A DNA stretch of 64,000 nucleotides from contig CAVSFZ010000023.1 of assembly GCA_963727235.1 (NCBI GenBank), positions 248-64,247 of the forward strand. Reading direction: 5' to 3'. This document shows positions 46,906 to 56,513 of this stretch, piece after piece (within the stretch, counting starts at the first letter, position 1; every line of letters starts with the position of its first letter). Both the position numbers and the translations under genes were made by a program. The stretch comes from an uncultured Actinomycetes bacterium (lineage in GTDB: Bacteria; Actinomycetota; Thermoleophilia; Gaiellales; JAICJC01). The notes under the pieces were generated by a model, which was given only the letters and a program-made list of their open reading frames with translations, was not told the DNA's origin and searched no databases.

Positions 46906-48579
46906 TTGAAGTCAAGCCTCGAGATTGCGCAGGAAGCGGTCCTCCGACCGATCATGGATGTCGCCCTGGAGATGGGGCTCGAGGAAGACGAGGTCGATCT
47001 CTACGGCAAGTACAAGGCCAAGGTCAGCCTGAGCGCGATCGATCGGCTGCAGGACGCTCCCGACGCAAAGATCGTGTGCGTCTCGGCGATCACGCCGACC
47101 AAGGCGGGCGAGGGCAAGACGACCACCTCGGTGTCGCTCACCCAGGGCCTGGGCGCGATCGGCAAGAAGCCGGTGCTGTGCCTGCGCGAGCCGTCGCTGG
47201 GGCCGATCTTCGGCATCAAGGGCGGCGCCGCCGGCGGCGGGCTCACCCAGGTCGTGCCGATGGAGGATCTCAACCTGCACTTCACCGGCGACTTCCACGC
47301 CGTGGCCGCAGCCAACAACATGCTGGCCGCGTTCGTTGATCGCCACATCTTCTACGGCAACGAGTGCCGGATCGCGCCGCACGGCGTGTCCTGGCGGCGA
47401 GCGGTCGACATGAACGACCGCAACCTGCGAAACATCGTCACCGGCCTGGGCGGCCCCACCCATGGGATCCCCCGCGAAACCGGCTTCGACATCGTCGCCG
47501 CCTCCGAGATCATGGCGATCATGGGCATGGCCACCTCGCTGCAGGATCTGCGACGGCGGGTGGGTGCGATCACCGTCGGGTACAACGTCGACGGGGCACC
47601 GGTCACAGCCGAGCAGATGGGCTGCGCGGGCGCGATGACGGTGCTGCTCAAGGATGCGCTCAAGCCCAACCTGATTCAGACGCTGGAGGGCCAGCCGTGC
47701 TTCATGCACATCGGCCCGTTCGGGAACATCGCCCACGGCAACAGCTCGGTGATCGCCGACCTGGCCGGTAGGAAGCTGGGTGACTACCTGATCACCGAGG
47801 CCGGCTTCGGCTCGGATCTGGGCATGGAGAAGTTCATGGACATCGTCTGCCGGGCGGGCGGGTTCGGCCCCAATGCTGTGGTGATCGTGGCCACGGCCAA
47901 GGCGCTCAAGCACCACGCCGGCATGACCGACCAGAACGCCTCGGCCGCAGACAACCTGAAGGCGATCGAGGAGGGCTCCAAGAACTTGGAGCGCCATATC
48001 CTCAACGCCAAGGAGTTCGGCGTCCCGTGCGTGGTCGCAGCCAACCGTTTCCCCGGCGACACCGACGACGAGGTGGCGCTGGTGCAGAAGCTGGGCCTGG
48101 AGTACGGCGCCCATGCCGCGGTGCTGAACGAGGGCTTCACCAAAGGTGGAGCGGGTGCCGCCGAGATGGCCGAGGCCGTGGCCGACGCCGCCGATCAGCC
48201 CAACTCGTTCAACTTCATGTACGAGGACTCGGATCCGATCGACCAGAAGATCGAGAAGATCGCCAAGCGCATCTACCGAGCCGACGGGGTCGACTTCCTT
48301 CCGGCTGCGCGGCAGAAGATCGAGCAGTTCACCCGCGACGGACTCACGGGGCTCTCGATCTGCATGGCCAAGACCCACCTCTCGCTGTCCGCCGATGCCG
48401 CGCTGGCGAATGCACCCACGGGGTATCGGATTCCGGTGCGCGACATCCGGCCCTACACCGGCGCCGGGTTCCTGACGGCGCTGTGCGGCGACATCATGCA
48501 GATGCCCGGCCTGGGGGTGTCCCCGGCCGGCTTCAACGTCGACATCGATGAGAATGGAAAAACAGTCGGACTCTTCTAG
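46906..48579 (+). CDS. fhs: formate--tetrahydrofolate ligase
   Basis: TTG start. MKSSLEIAQEA, SAITPTKAGEGKTTTSV, and EPSLGPIFGIKGGAAGGG. Confidence 0.95.
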   Translation: MKSSLEIAQEAVLRPIMDVALEMGLEEDEVDLYGKYKAKVSLSAIDRLQDAPDAKIVCVSAITPTKAGEGKTTTSVSLTQGLGAIGKKPVLCLREPSLGPIFGIKGGAAGGGLTQVVPMEDLNLHFTGDFHAVAAANNMLAAFVDRHIFYGNECRIAPHGVSWRRAVDMNDRNLRNIVTGLGGPTHGIPRETGFDIVAASEIMAIMGMATSLQDLRRRVGAITVGYNVDGAPVTAEQMGCAGAMTVLLKDALKPNLIQTLEGQPCFMHIGPFGNIAHGNSSVIADLAGRKLGDYLITEAGFGSDLGMEKFMDIVCRAGGFGPNAVVIVATAKALKHHAGMTDQNASAADNLKAIEEGSKNLERHILNAKEFGVPCVVAANRFPGDTDDEVALVQKLGLEYGAHAAVLNEGFTKGGAGAAEMAEAVADAADQPNSFNFMYEDSDPIDQKIEKIAKRIYRADGVDFLPAARQKIEQFTRDGLTGLSICMAKTHLSLSADAALANAPTGYRIPVRDIRPYTGAGFLTALCGDIMQMPGLGVSPAGFNVDIDENGKTVGLF

Positions 48580-49171
48580 CAGCGACGATCCCTACCTGTC
48601 CTCGACCGTCGAGGAGTTCCTCGATTCGCTGGCCGGTCGCACCCCCGCCCCAGGCGGGGGTGGAGCGGCTGCTGTGACCTGTGCGATGGCCGCCGCGTTG
48701 GTTGAGATGGCGACCTCGTTCGGGTCGGCCCGCGGCCTGGAGCGCACGCACGAGCGCGCGCATCAGCTGCGGCTGACGGTGCAGCAGCTGGCCCACGCCG
48801 ACGGCGAGGCCTACGGCGCGGTGATCGCGGCGTTACGCCTGCCGCTCGGCGAAGACCGCCAGCACCAGCTCGACGCCGCGGTGGCGGGGGCGATCGCATC
48901 GCCGATGGCGATACTCGAGATCGCGTCCGAGGTGGCCACGCTGGCCGCTGACGTGGCCGAGACCGGTAACCGCAACCTGGAGGGCGATGCGCTCACCGGC
49001 GCGCTGCTCGCCGAGGCCGCATCGCGCTCAGCCGCGACCCTCGCCCAGCTGAACGTGACCATGCTCTCGCGCCACGCCATGATCGACGCCCACCTCGAGG
49101 ATCTCCGACCCGCACTGGCCCGCGCCACCCGCGCTCGCGAGCGCGCGGTCAGCGCCTACGCAGCCATGTGA
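48548..49171 (+). CDS. cyclodeaminase/cyclohydrolase-family protein (FTCD C-terminal domain; methenyl-THF cyclohydrolase-like)
   Basis: FLDSLAGRTPAPGGGGAAAVTCAMAAALVEMA. The start is ATG 48548 or 48554 and overlaps the fhs 3' end. The stop TGA 49169-49171 lies inside palindrome copy F. Confidence 0.75.
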   Translation: MRMEKQSDSSSSDDPYLSSTVEEFLDSLAGRTPAPGGGGAAAVTCAMAAALVEMATSFGSARGLERTHERAHQLRLTVQQLAHADGEAYGAVIAALRLPLGEDRQHQLDAAVAGAIASPMAILEIASEVATLAADVAETGNRNLEGDALTGALLAEAASRSAATLAQLNVTMLSRHAMIDAHLEDLRPALARATRARERAVSAYAAM

Positions 49172-49200
49172 ATAAAAGGTGCCTGGCACCTTTTATTCAC
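49168..49200. repeat. palindromic repeat copy F (33 bp, linker AA)
   Basis: GTGAATAAAAGGTGCCTGGCACCTTTTATTCAC is perfect. Confidence 0.95.
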
Positions 49201-49226
49201 ACCCCCCTCCAACGCGGTGCCGCCCG

Positions 49227-49257
49227 GTGAATAACGGTGCCTGGCACCGTTATTCAC
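49227..49257. repeat. palindromic repeat copy G (31 bp, linker C)
   Basis: GTGAATAACGGTGCCTGGCACCGTTATTCAC is identical to copies B and J. It lies 26 bp after copy F. Confidence 0.95.
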
Positions 49258-49289
49258 CATCACGGCGTCGCCCACATGGGGCGTCGATG

Positions 49290-49295
49290 TAGACT
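49290..49295 (+). promoter_or_regulatory. candidate -10 box (TAGACT) for a leaderless purD transcript
   Basis: TAGACT is followed by 7 nt and then ATG 49303. There is no Shine-Dalgarno in between. Confidence 0.35.
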
Positions 49296-49302
49296 CGCAG
49301 CC

Positions 49303-50589
49303 ATGCGCGTTTTGGTGGTCGGATCTGGGGCACGCGAGCATGCGCTTGCCTGGAAACTGAGCTCGTCGCCCGAACTCACGTCGCTGCATGCCGCGCCGGG
49401 GAATCCCGGCATCGGCACTCTGGCTGAGCTTCACGACGTGGCCGTCACCGACCTCGAAGGTTTGACGTCGCTGGCCCAGCGAATCGAGGTCGACCTGGTG
49501 GTGGTCGGACCCGAGGTGCCGCTGGTCGCCGGACTCGTCGACCGGTTCACGGCCGCGGGCATCCCGGCCTTCGGCCCGGATATGGCCGCGGCCGAACTGG
49601 AGGGCTCCAAGGCGTTTTCAAAGCAGCTGATGTCCGACATCGGCGTGCCCACCGCGCGCTACTCGGTGTGCGACACGATGGCCGCGGTCGAGGCCGCCAT
49701 CGCCGAGTCGGACGGCCAGGTTGTGATCAAGGCCGACGGGCTGGCCGCCGGCAAGGGCGTGGTCGTGTGCTCGTCTGCGCGTGAGGCCAACGCCGCCGCG
49801 CGCGCGTGCCTGGTTAACGGGCGCTTCGGTACCGCCGGCGGCCGGGTGGTGGTGGAGGAGCGGATGTGGGGGCCCGAGATCTCATTGCTGGCGCTGTGCG
49901 ACGGCGAGCGGGTGCTGCCGCTGGCACCGGCCCGCGACTTCAAGCCCGCCTACGACAACGACGAGGGGCCGAACACCGGCGGGATGGGCTGCATCTCGCC
50001 CCTGCCGGATGTCGACGCGGAGTTGATCGAGCAGATCCTGGCCACCGTGCACCGGCCGGTGGTGTACGAGATGGCCCGCCGCGGAAAGCCGTTCCGCGGC
50101 TGTCTCTACGCCGGGCTGATGCTGACCGCAGACGGCCCCCGCGTGATCGAGTTCAACGCCCGCTTCGGCGATCCCGAGGCCCAGGTGATCCTGCCGCGGC
50201 TGGACGGTGACCTGCTGCCTGCGCTGCACGCCTCAGCCACCGGCTCGCTCGAGCACACAACCTTGGCGGCCGCCGACAACGCCTGCGTGACGGTCGTGAT
50301 GGCAGCCCGCGGATATCCGGACGCGCCCGAGGCGGGTGCTGTGATCGACGGCATCGACGACGCCGAGACGATCGAGGGCGTGCAGGTATTCCACGCCGGC
50401 ACTGCGATCCGCGACGGCGCCCTGGTCGCCGCCGGCGGCCGGATTCTGAACGTGACCGCGCTCGCACCCGATCTCGCCGCCGCCCGCGAACGCGCATATG
50501 CGGCGGTCGATCGGATCACGATCGCGGGATCTCACCATCGAAGCGACATAGGAGCCGAAGCAGTGGCAAAGGAACACAACCATGTCTGA
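49303..50589 (+). CDS. purD: phosphoribosylamine--glycine ligase
   Basis: MRVLVVGSGAREHALAWKL, AAPGNPG, and the ATP-grasp blocks VIKADGLAAGKGV and EFNARFGDPE. Confidence 0.95.
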   Translation: MRVLVVGSGAREHALAWKLSSSPELTSLHAAPGNPGIGTLAELHDVAVTDLEGLTSLAQRIEVDLVVVGPEVPLVAGLVDRFTAAGIPAFGPDMAAAELEGSKAFSKQLMSDIGVPTARYSVCDTMAAVEAAIAESDGQVVIKADGLAAGKGVVVCSSAREANAAARACLVNGRFGTAGGRVVVEERMWGPEISLLALCDGERVLPLAPARDFKPAYDNDEGPNTGGMGCISPLPDVDAELIEQILATVHRPVVYEMARRGKPFRGCLYAGLMLTADGPRVIEFNARFGDPEAQVILPRLDGDLLPALHASATGSLEHTTLAAADNACVTVVMAARGYPDAPEAGAVIDGIDDAETIEGVQVFHAGTAIRDGALVAAGGRILNVTALAPDLAAARERAYAAVDRITIAGSHHRSDIGAEAVAKEHNHV

Positions 50590-51061
50590 TCCTGCACCAA
50601 TGGCCGAAGTCAAACACCTCTGGGATCAGCTCGAAGGAGACGGGCCGCAGGTGGGCATTCTGATGGGCTCGGAGTCCGACAAGGAGGTGATGCAGAAGGC
50701 GGCCGATGAGCTGCTGGAGCGGGGCATCACCTTCGAGATGAACGTCATCTCCGCCCACCGCAACCCTCACGCAGTCGCCGACTACGCCACCGGCGCCGCG
50801 CTGCGCGGAATGCGGGTGCTGATCGCGGGGGCCGGCAAGGCAGCGGCGCTCCCGGGAGTGGTCGCGGCCTACAGCGACCTGCCGGTGATCGGCGTGCCGA
50901 TCAAGACATCCGATCTGGGCGGCATGGACTCGCTGCTGTCGATCGTGCAGATGCCGCCCGGCGTGCCGGTGGCGTGCATGGCGATCAACGGCGCCCGCAA
51001 CGCCGCCATCTTCGCCGCCAAGATCATCGCCCAGGGAGCGCAGCCACCTCCCAGCGAATAG
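50582..51061 (+). CDS. purE: 5-(carboxyamino)imidazole ribonucleotide mutase
   Basis: [35 protein letters not shown], and PVIGVPI. Confidence 0.95.
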   Translation: MSDPAPMAEVKHLWDQLEGDGPQVGILMGSESDKEVMQKAADELLERGITFEMNVISAHRNPHAVADYATGAALRGMRVLIAGAGKAAALPGVVAAYSDLPVIGVPIKTSDLGGMDSLLSIVQMPPGVPVACMAINGARNAAIFAAKIIAQGAQPPPSE

Positions 51062-51063
51062 CC

Positions 51064-51094
51064 GTGAACAACGGTGCCTGGCACCGCTATTCAC
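51064..51094. repeat. palindromic repeat copy H (31 bp type, degenerate)
   Basis: GTGAACAACGGTGCCTGGCACCGCTATTCAC has two arm mismatches. It starts 3 nt after the purE stop. Confidence 0.9.
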
Positions 51095-51117
51095 CGGGAG
51101 GCTCCGGGAGGTGCGGT

Positions 51118-51126
51118 TGATAAACT
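51118..51126 (+). promoter_or_regulatory. candidate extended -10 promoter (TGATAAACT) upstream of purB
   Basis: GGTTGATAAACT contains a TG, one nt, and then TAAACT (TANNNT), about 43 nt before TTG 51169. GAAAGG lies upstream of the start. Confidence 0.3.
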
Positions 51127-51168
51127 TCGTGACGTTCCGATGACTCGTCGAAAGGCAGCGACGCCGGC

Positions 51169-52488
51169 TTGATCTCGCGCTACACCCGCCCCGCAATGGG
51201 TGCCGTCTGGTCAGACGAGCGCAAATTCCAGCGGTGGCTGGATGTCGAGATCGCAGCGATGGCCGCCTGGGCGGAGCTGGACGTGGTCCCGCAGGCGGCC
51301 GTGGAGGCTGTCCGCGACCGCGCCCGCATCGACGTCGCCCGCATCCGCGAGATCGAGGATCGCACCCATCACGACGTGCTGGCGTTCACCGAGTCGGTCG
51401 CCGAGCAGGTGGGCGACCCCGAGCACTCACGCTGGTTTCACTACGGATTGACCTCCTCGGACGTGGGCGACACCGCGCTGGCGCTGCAGCTGCGCGACGC
51501 CGGCGAGCTGATCGTGGCAGCGATCGCCGAGGTCGAGCAGGTGGCGCTGAGGCGGGCCGAGGAGTACCGGCACACCCCGATGATCGGGCGAACCCACGGC
51601 GTCCATGCCGAGCCCACCACCTTCGGCCTCAAGCTGCTCGGCTGGGTGACCGAGCTGCGCCGCCAGCGCGAACGCCTGCAGGCTGCGTTCGACGGGGTGG
51701 CGGTGGGCAAGCTCTCCGGTGCAGTGGGTGCGTACGCCAACACCGATCCGCGAGTCGAAGAGATCGCGCTCGAGGCCCTCGGCCTGCAGCGCGAGGATGT
51801 CGCCACCCAGGTGATTCCGCGCGACCGCCACGCCGCACTGCTGGCGGCGATCGCCGGCGCCGGTGCCAGCCTGGAGCGATATGCCCTGGAGGTGCGCCAC
51901 CTGCAGCGCACCGAGGTGCGCGAGGCCCGCGAACCCTTCGCGAAGGGCCAGAAAGGCTCCTCGGCGATGCCCCACAAGCAGAACCCGATCGTGTGCGAGC
52001 GGATCTGCGGCCTGGCGCGGGTGCTGCGCGGAAACGCCATCGTGGGATTCGAAGACATCGCGCTGTGGCACGAGCGCGACATCTCCCACTCCTCGGCCGA
52101 GCGGGTGGTGCTGCCCGACTCCACCATCGCGCTGGACTACATGCTGGAGAAGAGCAGGTGGCTGATCGACGGGCTGGTGGTGTTCCCCGATCGCATGCTC
52201 AAGAACCTGGAGGACTCCCACGGCCTGGTGTTCTCGGGCCGGGTGCTGCTGCAGCTGGTCGAGTCAGGGCTGTCGCGGGAGGCTGCCTACGAGATCGTCC
52301 AGCGAAACGCTCTGGCGGCGTGGGACAACGGCGCGCAGCTGCGCGAACTGCTGGAGGCCGACCCCGACGCGGTGGCCGCACTCGGCCCCGCGGCGCTCGA
52401 TGCCGCATTTGACCTGGACTCGTTCCTGCGCCACGTGGACGAGATCTTCAACCGCACGCTCATGACGCTCGAGGTGACTCATGTCTGA
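51169..52488 (+). CDS. purB: adenylosuccinate lyase
   Basis: (M)[35 protein letters not shown], and [11 protein letters not shown]. Confidence 0.95.
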   Translation: MISRYTRPAMGAVWSDERKFQRWLDVEIAAMAAWAELDVVPQAAVEAVRDRARIDVARIREIEDRTHHDVLAFTESVAEQVGDPEHSRWFHYGLTSSDVGDTALALQLRDAGELIVAAIAEVEQVALRRAEEYRHTPMIGRTHGVHAEPTTFGLKLLGWVTELRRQRERLQAAFDGVAVGKLSGAVGAYANTDPRVEEIALEALGLQREDVATQVIPRDRHAALLAAIAGAGASLERYALEVRHLQRTEVREAREPFAKGQKGSSAMPHKQNPIVCERICGLARVLRGNAIVGFEDIALWHERDISHSSAERVVLPDSTIALDYMLEKSRWLIDGLVVFPDRMLKNLEDSHGLVFSGRVLLQLVESGLSREAAYEIVQRNALAAWDNGAQLRELLEADPDAVAALGPAALDAAFDLDSFLRHVDEIFNRTLMTLEVTHV

Positions 52489-53389
52489 ACAGAACACGCT
52501 CGCCGGCCTGCACGAGATGTCCGGCAAAGTACGCGAGATGTACGGCTTCGGCGACCAGATCCTGATGGTCGCATCCGACCGCATCTCCGCGTTCGACGTC
52601 GTGCTCCCAACGCCGATCCCGCACAAGGGCCGGGTGCTCACGGGCATGTCGCTGTTCTGGTTCGAGCACTTCAAAGACGTCGCGCGCAACCACCTGATCT
52701 CCGCGGAGCCCAAAAACTTTCCCATCCAGGCACAGAACGACCCCGACCTGGCCGGCCGTTCGATGGTGGTGCAGCGGCTGACGATGCTTCCGATCGAATG
52801 CGTCGTGCGCGGCTACCTGGTCGGCTCGGGCTGGAAGGACTATCAGGCCACCGGGGCGGTGTGCGGCCATGCGCTTCCCGCCGGGATGCAGGAGGCCGAG
52901 AAGCTGCCCAAGCCGATCTTCACCCCGGCCACCAAGGCCACCGACGGGCATGACATCAACATCGACCGGTCGGCCGGCAAGATCCTGGTGGGCGACGACC
53001 GCTTCGACGAGATCGAGCGGATCTCGATCGAGCTGTACGAGGCAGCCTCCGACTACGCCGCCACCCGCGGGATCATCATCGCCGACACCAAGTTCGAGTT
53101 CGGCCTCGACGGCAGCAACCAGGTGGTGCTGGGCGACGAGGTGCTGACGCCCGACTCGTCACGCTTCTGGCCGGCCGATACCTACAAGCCCGGCAGCTCT
53201 CCACAGTCGTTCGACAAGCAGTACGTCCGCGACTGGCTGGAGACGCTCGACTGGGACAAGCAGCCCCCCGGCCCCGAGGTACCTGCCGACGTGGTCGCCG
53301 GCACCCAGAAGCGCTACATCGAGGCCTATGAAGTGGTCACCGGCGGATCGTTCGATGCATACCTGGCCAGCATGGGCGTGACGCCGTGA
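52481..53389 (+). CDS. purC: phosphoribosylaminoimidazole-succinocarboxamide synthase
   Basis: GKVREMY, LMVASDRISAFDVV, and IIADTKFEFG. Confidence 0.95.
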   Translation: MSEQNTLAGLHEMSGKVREMYGFGDQILMVASDRISAFDVVLPTPIPHKGRVLTGMSLFWFEHFKDVARNHLISAEPKNFPIQAQNDPDLAGRSMVVQRLTMLPIECVVRGYLVGSGWKDYQATGAVCGHALPAGMQEAEKLPKPIFTPATKATDGHDINIDRSAGKILVGDDRFDEIERISIELYEAASDYAATRGIIIADTKFEFGLDGSNQVVLGDEVLTPDSSRFWPADTYKPGSSPQSFDKQYVRDWLETLDWDKQPPGPEVPADVVAGTQKRYIEAYEVVTGGSFDAYLASMGVTP

Positions 53390-53637
53390 AGATCACCGTC
53401 ACCGTGCGACCGCGAGACGGCATCCTCGACCCCCAGGGCGAGACGCTGCGGCGATCGCTGGCCGGGCTGGGATACGCGGCCTCCGCGGTGCACGCGGGCA
53501 AGGTGTTCGACCTCGAGCTCGATGTCGACGACCCGGCCGAGGCCCACCGGCTGGCCGAGGAGATCGCCGACCGGCTGCTGGCCAACCCGCTGATCGAGCA
53601 GTACGCGATCGAGTCGCCGGCCGAGGCTCCCGCGTGA
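53386..53637 (+). CDS. purS: FGAM synthase subunit PurS
   Basis: 83 aa. MKITVTVRPRDGILDPQGETLRRSLAGLGY. GTGA overlap with purC. Confidence 0.9.
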   Translation: MKITVTVRPRDGILDPQGETLRRSLAGLGYAASAVHAGKVFDLELDVDDPAEAHRLAEEIADRLLANPLIEQYAIESPAEAPA

Positions 53638-54341
53638 GCGTGACGGTCGGGATCGTCACCTTCCCCGGCGCCTGTGATGACCGCGACGCCGCCCACGCGG
53701 TGGAGCTGATGGGTGGCGAGCCGGTGGTGCTGTGGCACGCCGACGATGATCTCAAGGGCGTGGACGCGGTCCTGATCCCAGGCGGCTTCTCCTACGGCGA
53801 CCATCTGCGCCCGGGTGCGATCGCGGCGCTCTCGCCGGTGATGGCGGCGGTGGGCAGGCACGCCGATGCGGGCGGTCGGGTGCTGGGGATCTGCAACGGC
53901 TTCCAGGTGCTGACCGAAGCCCACCTCCTCCCGGGAGCCCTGCGACCGAACTCGACGCTGCTATTCCGCTGCCACGACGCGGTGCTGCGCGTCCAGCACG
54001 CGTCACCATGGCTGCCCGGGTGCGCTGAGGGCGACACCCTGACGATCCCGATGAAGCATCACGACGGCTGCTTCTTCGCCTCCACCGAGGAGGTGCGCAG
54101 GCTGGAGCACGGCGGCCAGGTGCTGGTGCGCTACGAGCCCAATCCCAACGGATCGGTCGACAGCATCGCGGGGGTCACCAACGCCCGCGGCAATGTGGCC
54201 GGCTTGATGCCTCACCCCGAGCACGCCGTGGACGAGCTGCTCGGCTCGACCGACGGCCGGGTGCTGTTGGCAGGGCTGATGGGACGGTCACACGCCGATC
54301 CCGCACCCGCGGATTCACGCGAGGCCCTGCCCGCAGCATGA
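53634..54341 (+). CDS. purQ: FGAM synthase glutaminase subunit PurQ
   Basis: VGIVTFPGACDDRD, IPGGFSYGD, GICNGFQ, and MPHPE. Confidence 0.95.
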   Translation: MSVTVGIVTFPGACDDRDAAHAVELMGGEPVVLWHADDDLKGVDAVLIPGGFSYGDHLRPGAIAALSPVMAAVGRHADAGGRVLGICNGFQVLTEAHLLPGALRPNSTLLFRCHDAVLRVQHASPWLPGCAEGDTLTIPMKHHDGCFFASTEEVRRLEHGGQVLVRYEPNPNGSVDSIAGVTNARGNVAGLMPHPEHAVDELLGSTDGRVLLAGLMGRSHADPAPADSREALPAA

Positions 54342-56509
54342 ACGCCGTCACGCCGCAACCGCTGCATCGCAGCCTCGGCCTCACAGACGCCGAGCTGGAG
54401 AACATCCAGGAGCTGCTGGGACGCGATCCCAACGACTTCGAGCTGGCCGTCTTCTCGCTGCTTTGGAGCGAGCACTGCGGCTACAAGCACTCGCGGCTGC
54501 TGCTGAAGCGACTGCCCAGCGCCGGCGCAGCGGTGTTGCAAGGCCCGGGCGAGAACGCCGGCGTGATCGCTGCCGGCGACGGCTTGGGGGTGGCGCTGAA
54601 GGTCGAGAGCCACAACCACCCATCGGCCGTGGAGCCGTTCCAGGGAGCCGCCACCGGGGTGGGCGGCATCCTCCGCGACATCTTCGCGATGGGTGCGCGG
54701 CCGATCGCGATTCTGGATTCGCTTCGGTTCGGCGAGCTGGACGGCGACGGTCAGAAGGGGCTGTTTCGGGGAGTGGTCAAAGGCGTCGGCCACTACGGAA
54801 ACTGCGTCGGCGTGGCCAACGTCGGCGGCGAGGTCGTGTTCGAGCAGGCCTATCACCACAACTGCCTGGTGAACGCGATGTGCGTGGGGGTGCTCCCGGT
54901 CGAGCGGATCCAATCGGCCGCCGCAGCCGGGTCGGGCAACCTGGTGGTGCTGTACGGCGCCCGCACCGGCCGCGACGGGATCGGCGGAGCCAGCGTGCTC
55001 GCATCACAAGGATTTGACGAGGGCTCGGGCGCGAAGCGGCCGTCGGTGCAGATCGGCGACCCGTTCACCGGCAAGAAGCTGATCGAGTGCACGCTGGCGC
55101 TGCTGGACGCCGGGCTGGTGGTGTCGCTGCAGGATCTGGGTGCGGCCGGGCTGGCCTCGTCCACGGCCGAGATGGCGTCATCCGGAGGGGTGGGACTGGA
55201 CGTCGACCTCAGCCGGGTGCCGCTGCGCGAGGCCGGCATGGAGCCGTTCGAGATCATGATCTCGGAGTCGCAGGAGCGGATGGCGGCGATCGTCGCCCCC
55301 GAGCGCTGGCCCGAAGTGGAGGCGCTGTGCGCCCACTGGGATATCGACGCCACCGTGATCGGCGAGGTCACCGATCGCGGCCGGCTGCGCGCGTTTCATG
55401 ACGGCGCCGAAGTCGGCGACATCCCGGTGTCCGCACTGGTGGAGGACTGTCCCCGCTACCCACTCTCGCCCGAACGGCCTGCGCGGCTCCGCGACCAGCC
55501 CGTCGATCCACCGGCCCCGCCGGCGGATGCCACCGCAACTCTGCGACTCCTGCTGGCCTCGCCCAACATCGCCAGCCGCCGCTGGATCACGCGTCAGTAC
55601 GACCAGCTGGTGGGGTCGGGCACCGTCATCCGGCCCGGCGGCGACGCGGGCGTGGTGCGACTGACGCCGTCGCAGCGCGCGATCGCGATCGCGCTCGACG
55701 GCAACGGCCGCCGCACCTGGCTCGACCCCCGCCGCGGCGGTGCTGCGGCGGTGTGCGAAGCCGCCCGCAACGTGGCCTGTACCGGCGCTCGACCGGCGGC
55801 AGTCACGAACTGCCTCAACTTCGGAAATCCCGAGACTCCCGACGTCGCCTACGAGCTGGGCGAGGCGATCGAGGGCATGGCGCTGGCGTGCGAAGCGCTG
55901 GGCCTGCCGGTGGTGTCGGGCAACGTCTCGCTCTATAACGAGCACATGGGAAACCCGATCTACCCCACCCCGGTGGTCGGAGTGGTGGGCCTGCTCGACG
56001 ACGCCTCGCTGGCCGTGGGAGCGGGCTTCCGCAATGAGGGAGACCACGTGTACCTGGTGGGCGGCGGAGCAGCCGCGGTCGACGGGTCGGAGTACCAGAA
56101 GCTGGTGCTGGGGACGGTCGAGGGCCGTATCCCCGAGCCCGACCTGGCAAACGAGCGAAAGCTCCATCAACTCTTGGCCGCGGCCGCGGAGGCGCGGCTG
56201 CTGTCGAGCGCGCACGACGTGTCCGACGGCGGCCTGGCCGTATGCCTGGCAGAATCGGCGATCGCCGGGGCGATCGGCGTCACCGCCGAGGCAGACGAGC
56301 TCTTCTGGGAAGGTGAAGGCCGGGCGGTGATCTCGGTCGCACCCGAGCACGCCGCGGCGGTAATCGAGCTGACCGGCAACCTTCCGATCCAGCGCCTCGG
56401 CACGGTCGGTGGCGACCTGATCTCGATCGGTCAGGCACAATTAGGTGTGAGTGAAGCCGCCGAGATTCACTCCTCGGCGATACCCGACGCGATGGGAGAC
56501 CCTGAGTAA
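54338..56509 (+). CDS. purL: FGAM synthase subunit PurL
   Basis: FSLLWSEHCGYKHS, VESHNHPSAVEPFQGAATGVGGILRD, and SGNVSLYNE. Confidence 0.95.
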   Translation: MNAVTPQPLHRSLGLTDAELENIQELLGRDPNDFELAVFSLLWSEHCGYKHSRLLLKRLPSAGAAVLQGPGENAGVIAAGDGLGVALKVESHNHPSAVEPFQGAATGVGGILRDIFAMGARPIAILDSLRFGELDGDGQKGLFRGVVKGVGHYGNCVGVANVGGEVVFEQAYHHNCLVNAMCVGVLPVERIQSAAAAGSGNLVVLYGARTGRDGIGGASVLASQGFDEGSGAKRPSVQIGDPFTGKKLIECTLALLDAGLVVSLQDLGAAGLASSTAEMASSGGVGLDVDLSRVPLREAGMEPFEIMISESQERMAAIVAPERWPEVEALCAHWDIDATVIGEVTDRGRLRAFHDGAEVGDIPVSALVEDCPRYPLSPERPARLRDQPVDPPAPPADATATLRLLLASPNIASRRWITRQYDQLVGSGTVIRPGGDAGVVRLTPSQRAIAIALDGNGRRTWLDPRRGGAAAVCEAARNVACTGARPAAVTNCLNFGNPETPDVAYELGEAIEGMALACEALGLPVVSGNVSLYNEHMGNPIYPTPVVGVVGLLDDASLAVGAGFRNEGDHVYLVGGGAAAVDGSEYQKLVLGTVEGRIPEPDLANERKLHQLLAAAAEARLLSSAHDVSDGGLAVCLAESAIAGAIGVTAEADELFWEGEGRAVISVAPEHAAAVIELTGNLPIQRLGTVGGDLISIGQAQLGVSEAAEIHSSAIPDAMGDPE

Positions 56510-56513
56510 CCCG

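Noticed and set aside
50582-50589. Identical 8-nt overlap ATGTCTGA at the purD/purE junction and the purB/purC junction (52481-52488)
   Set aside because: Both downstream genes simply start with Met-Ser-(Asp/Glu) while the upstream frame reads ...C ATG TCT GA. It is a short coincidence with no extended similarity around it.
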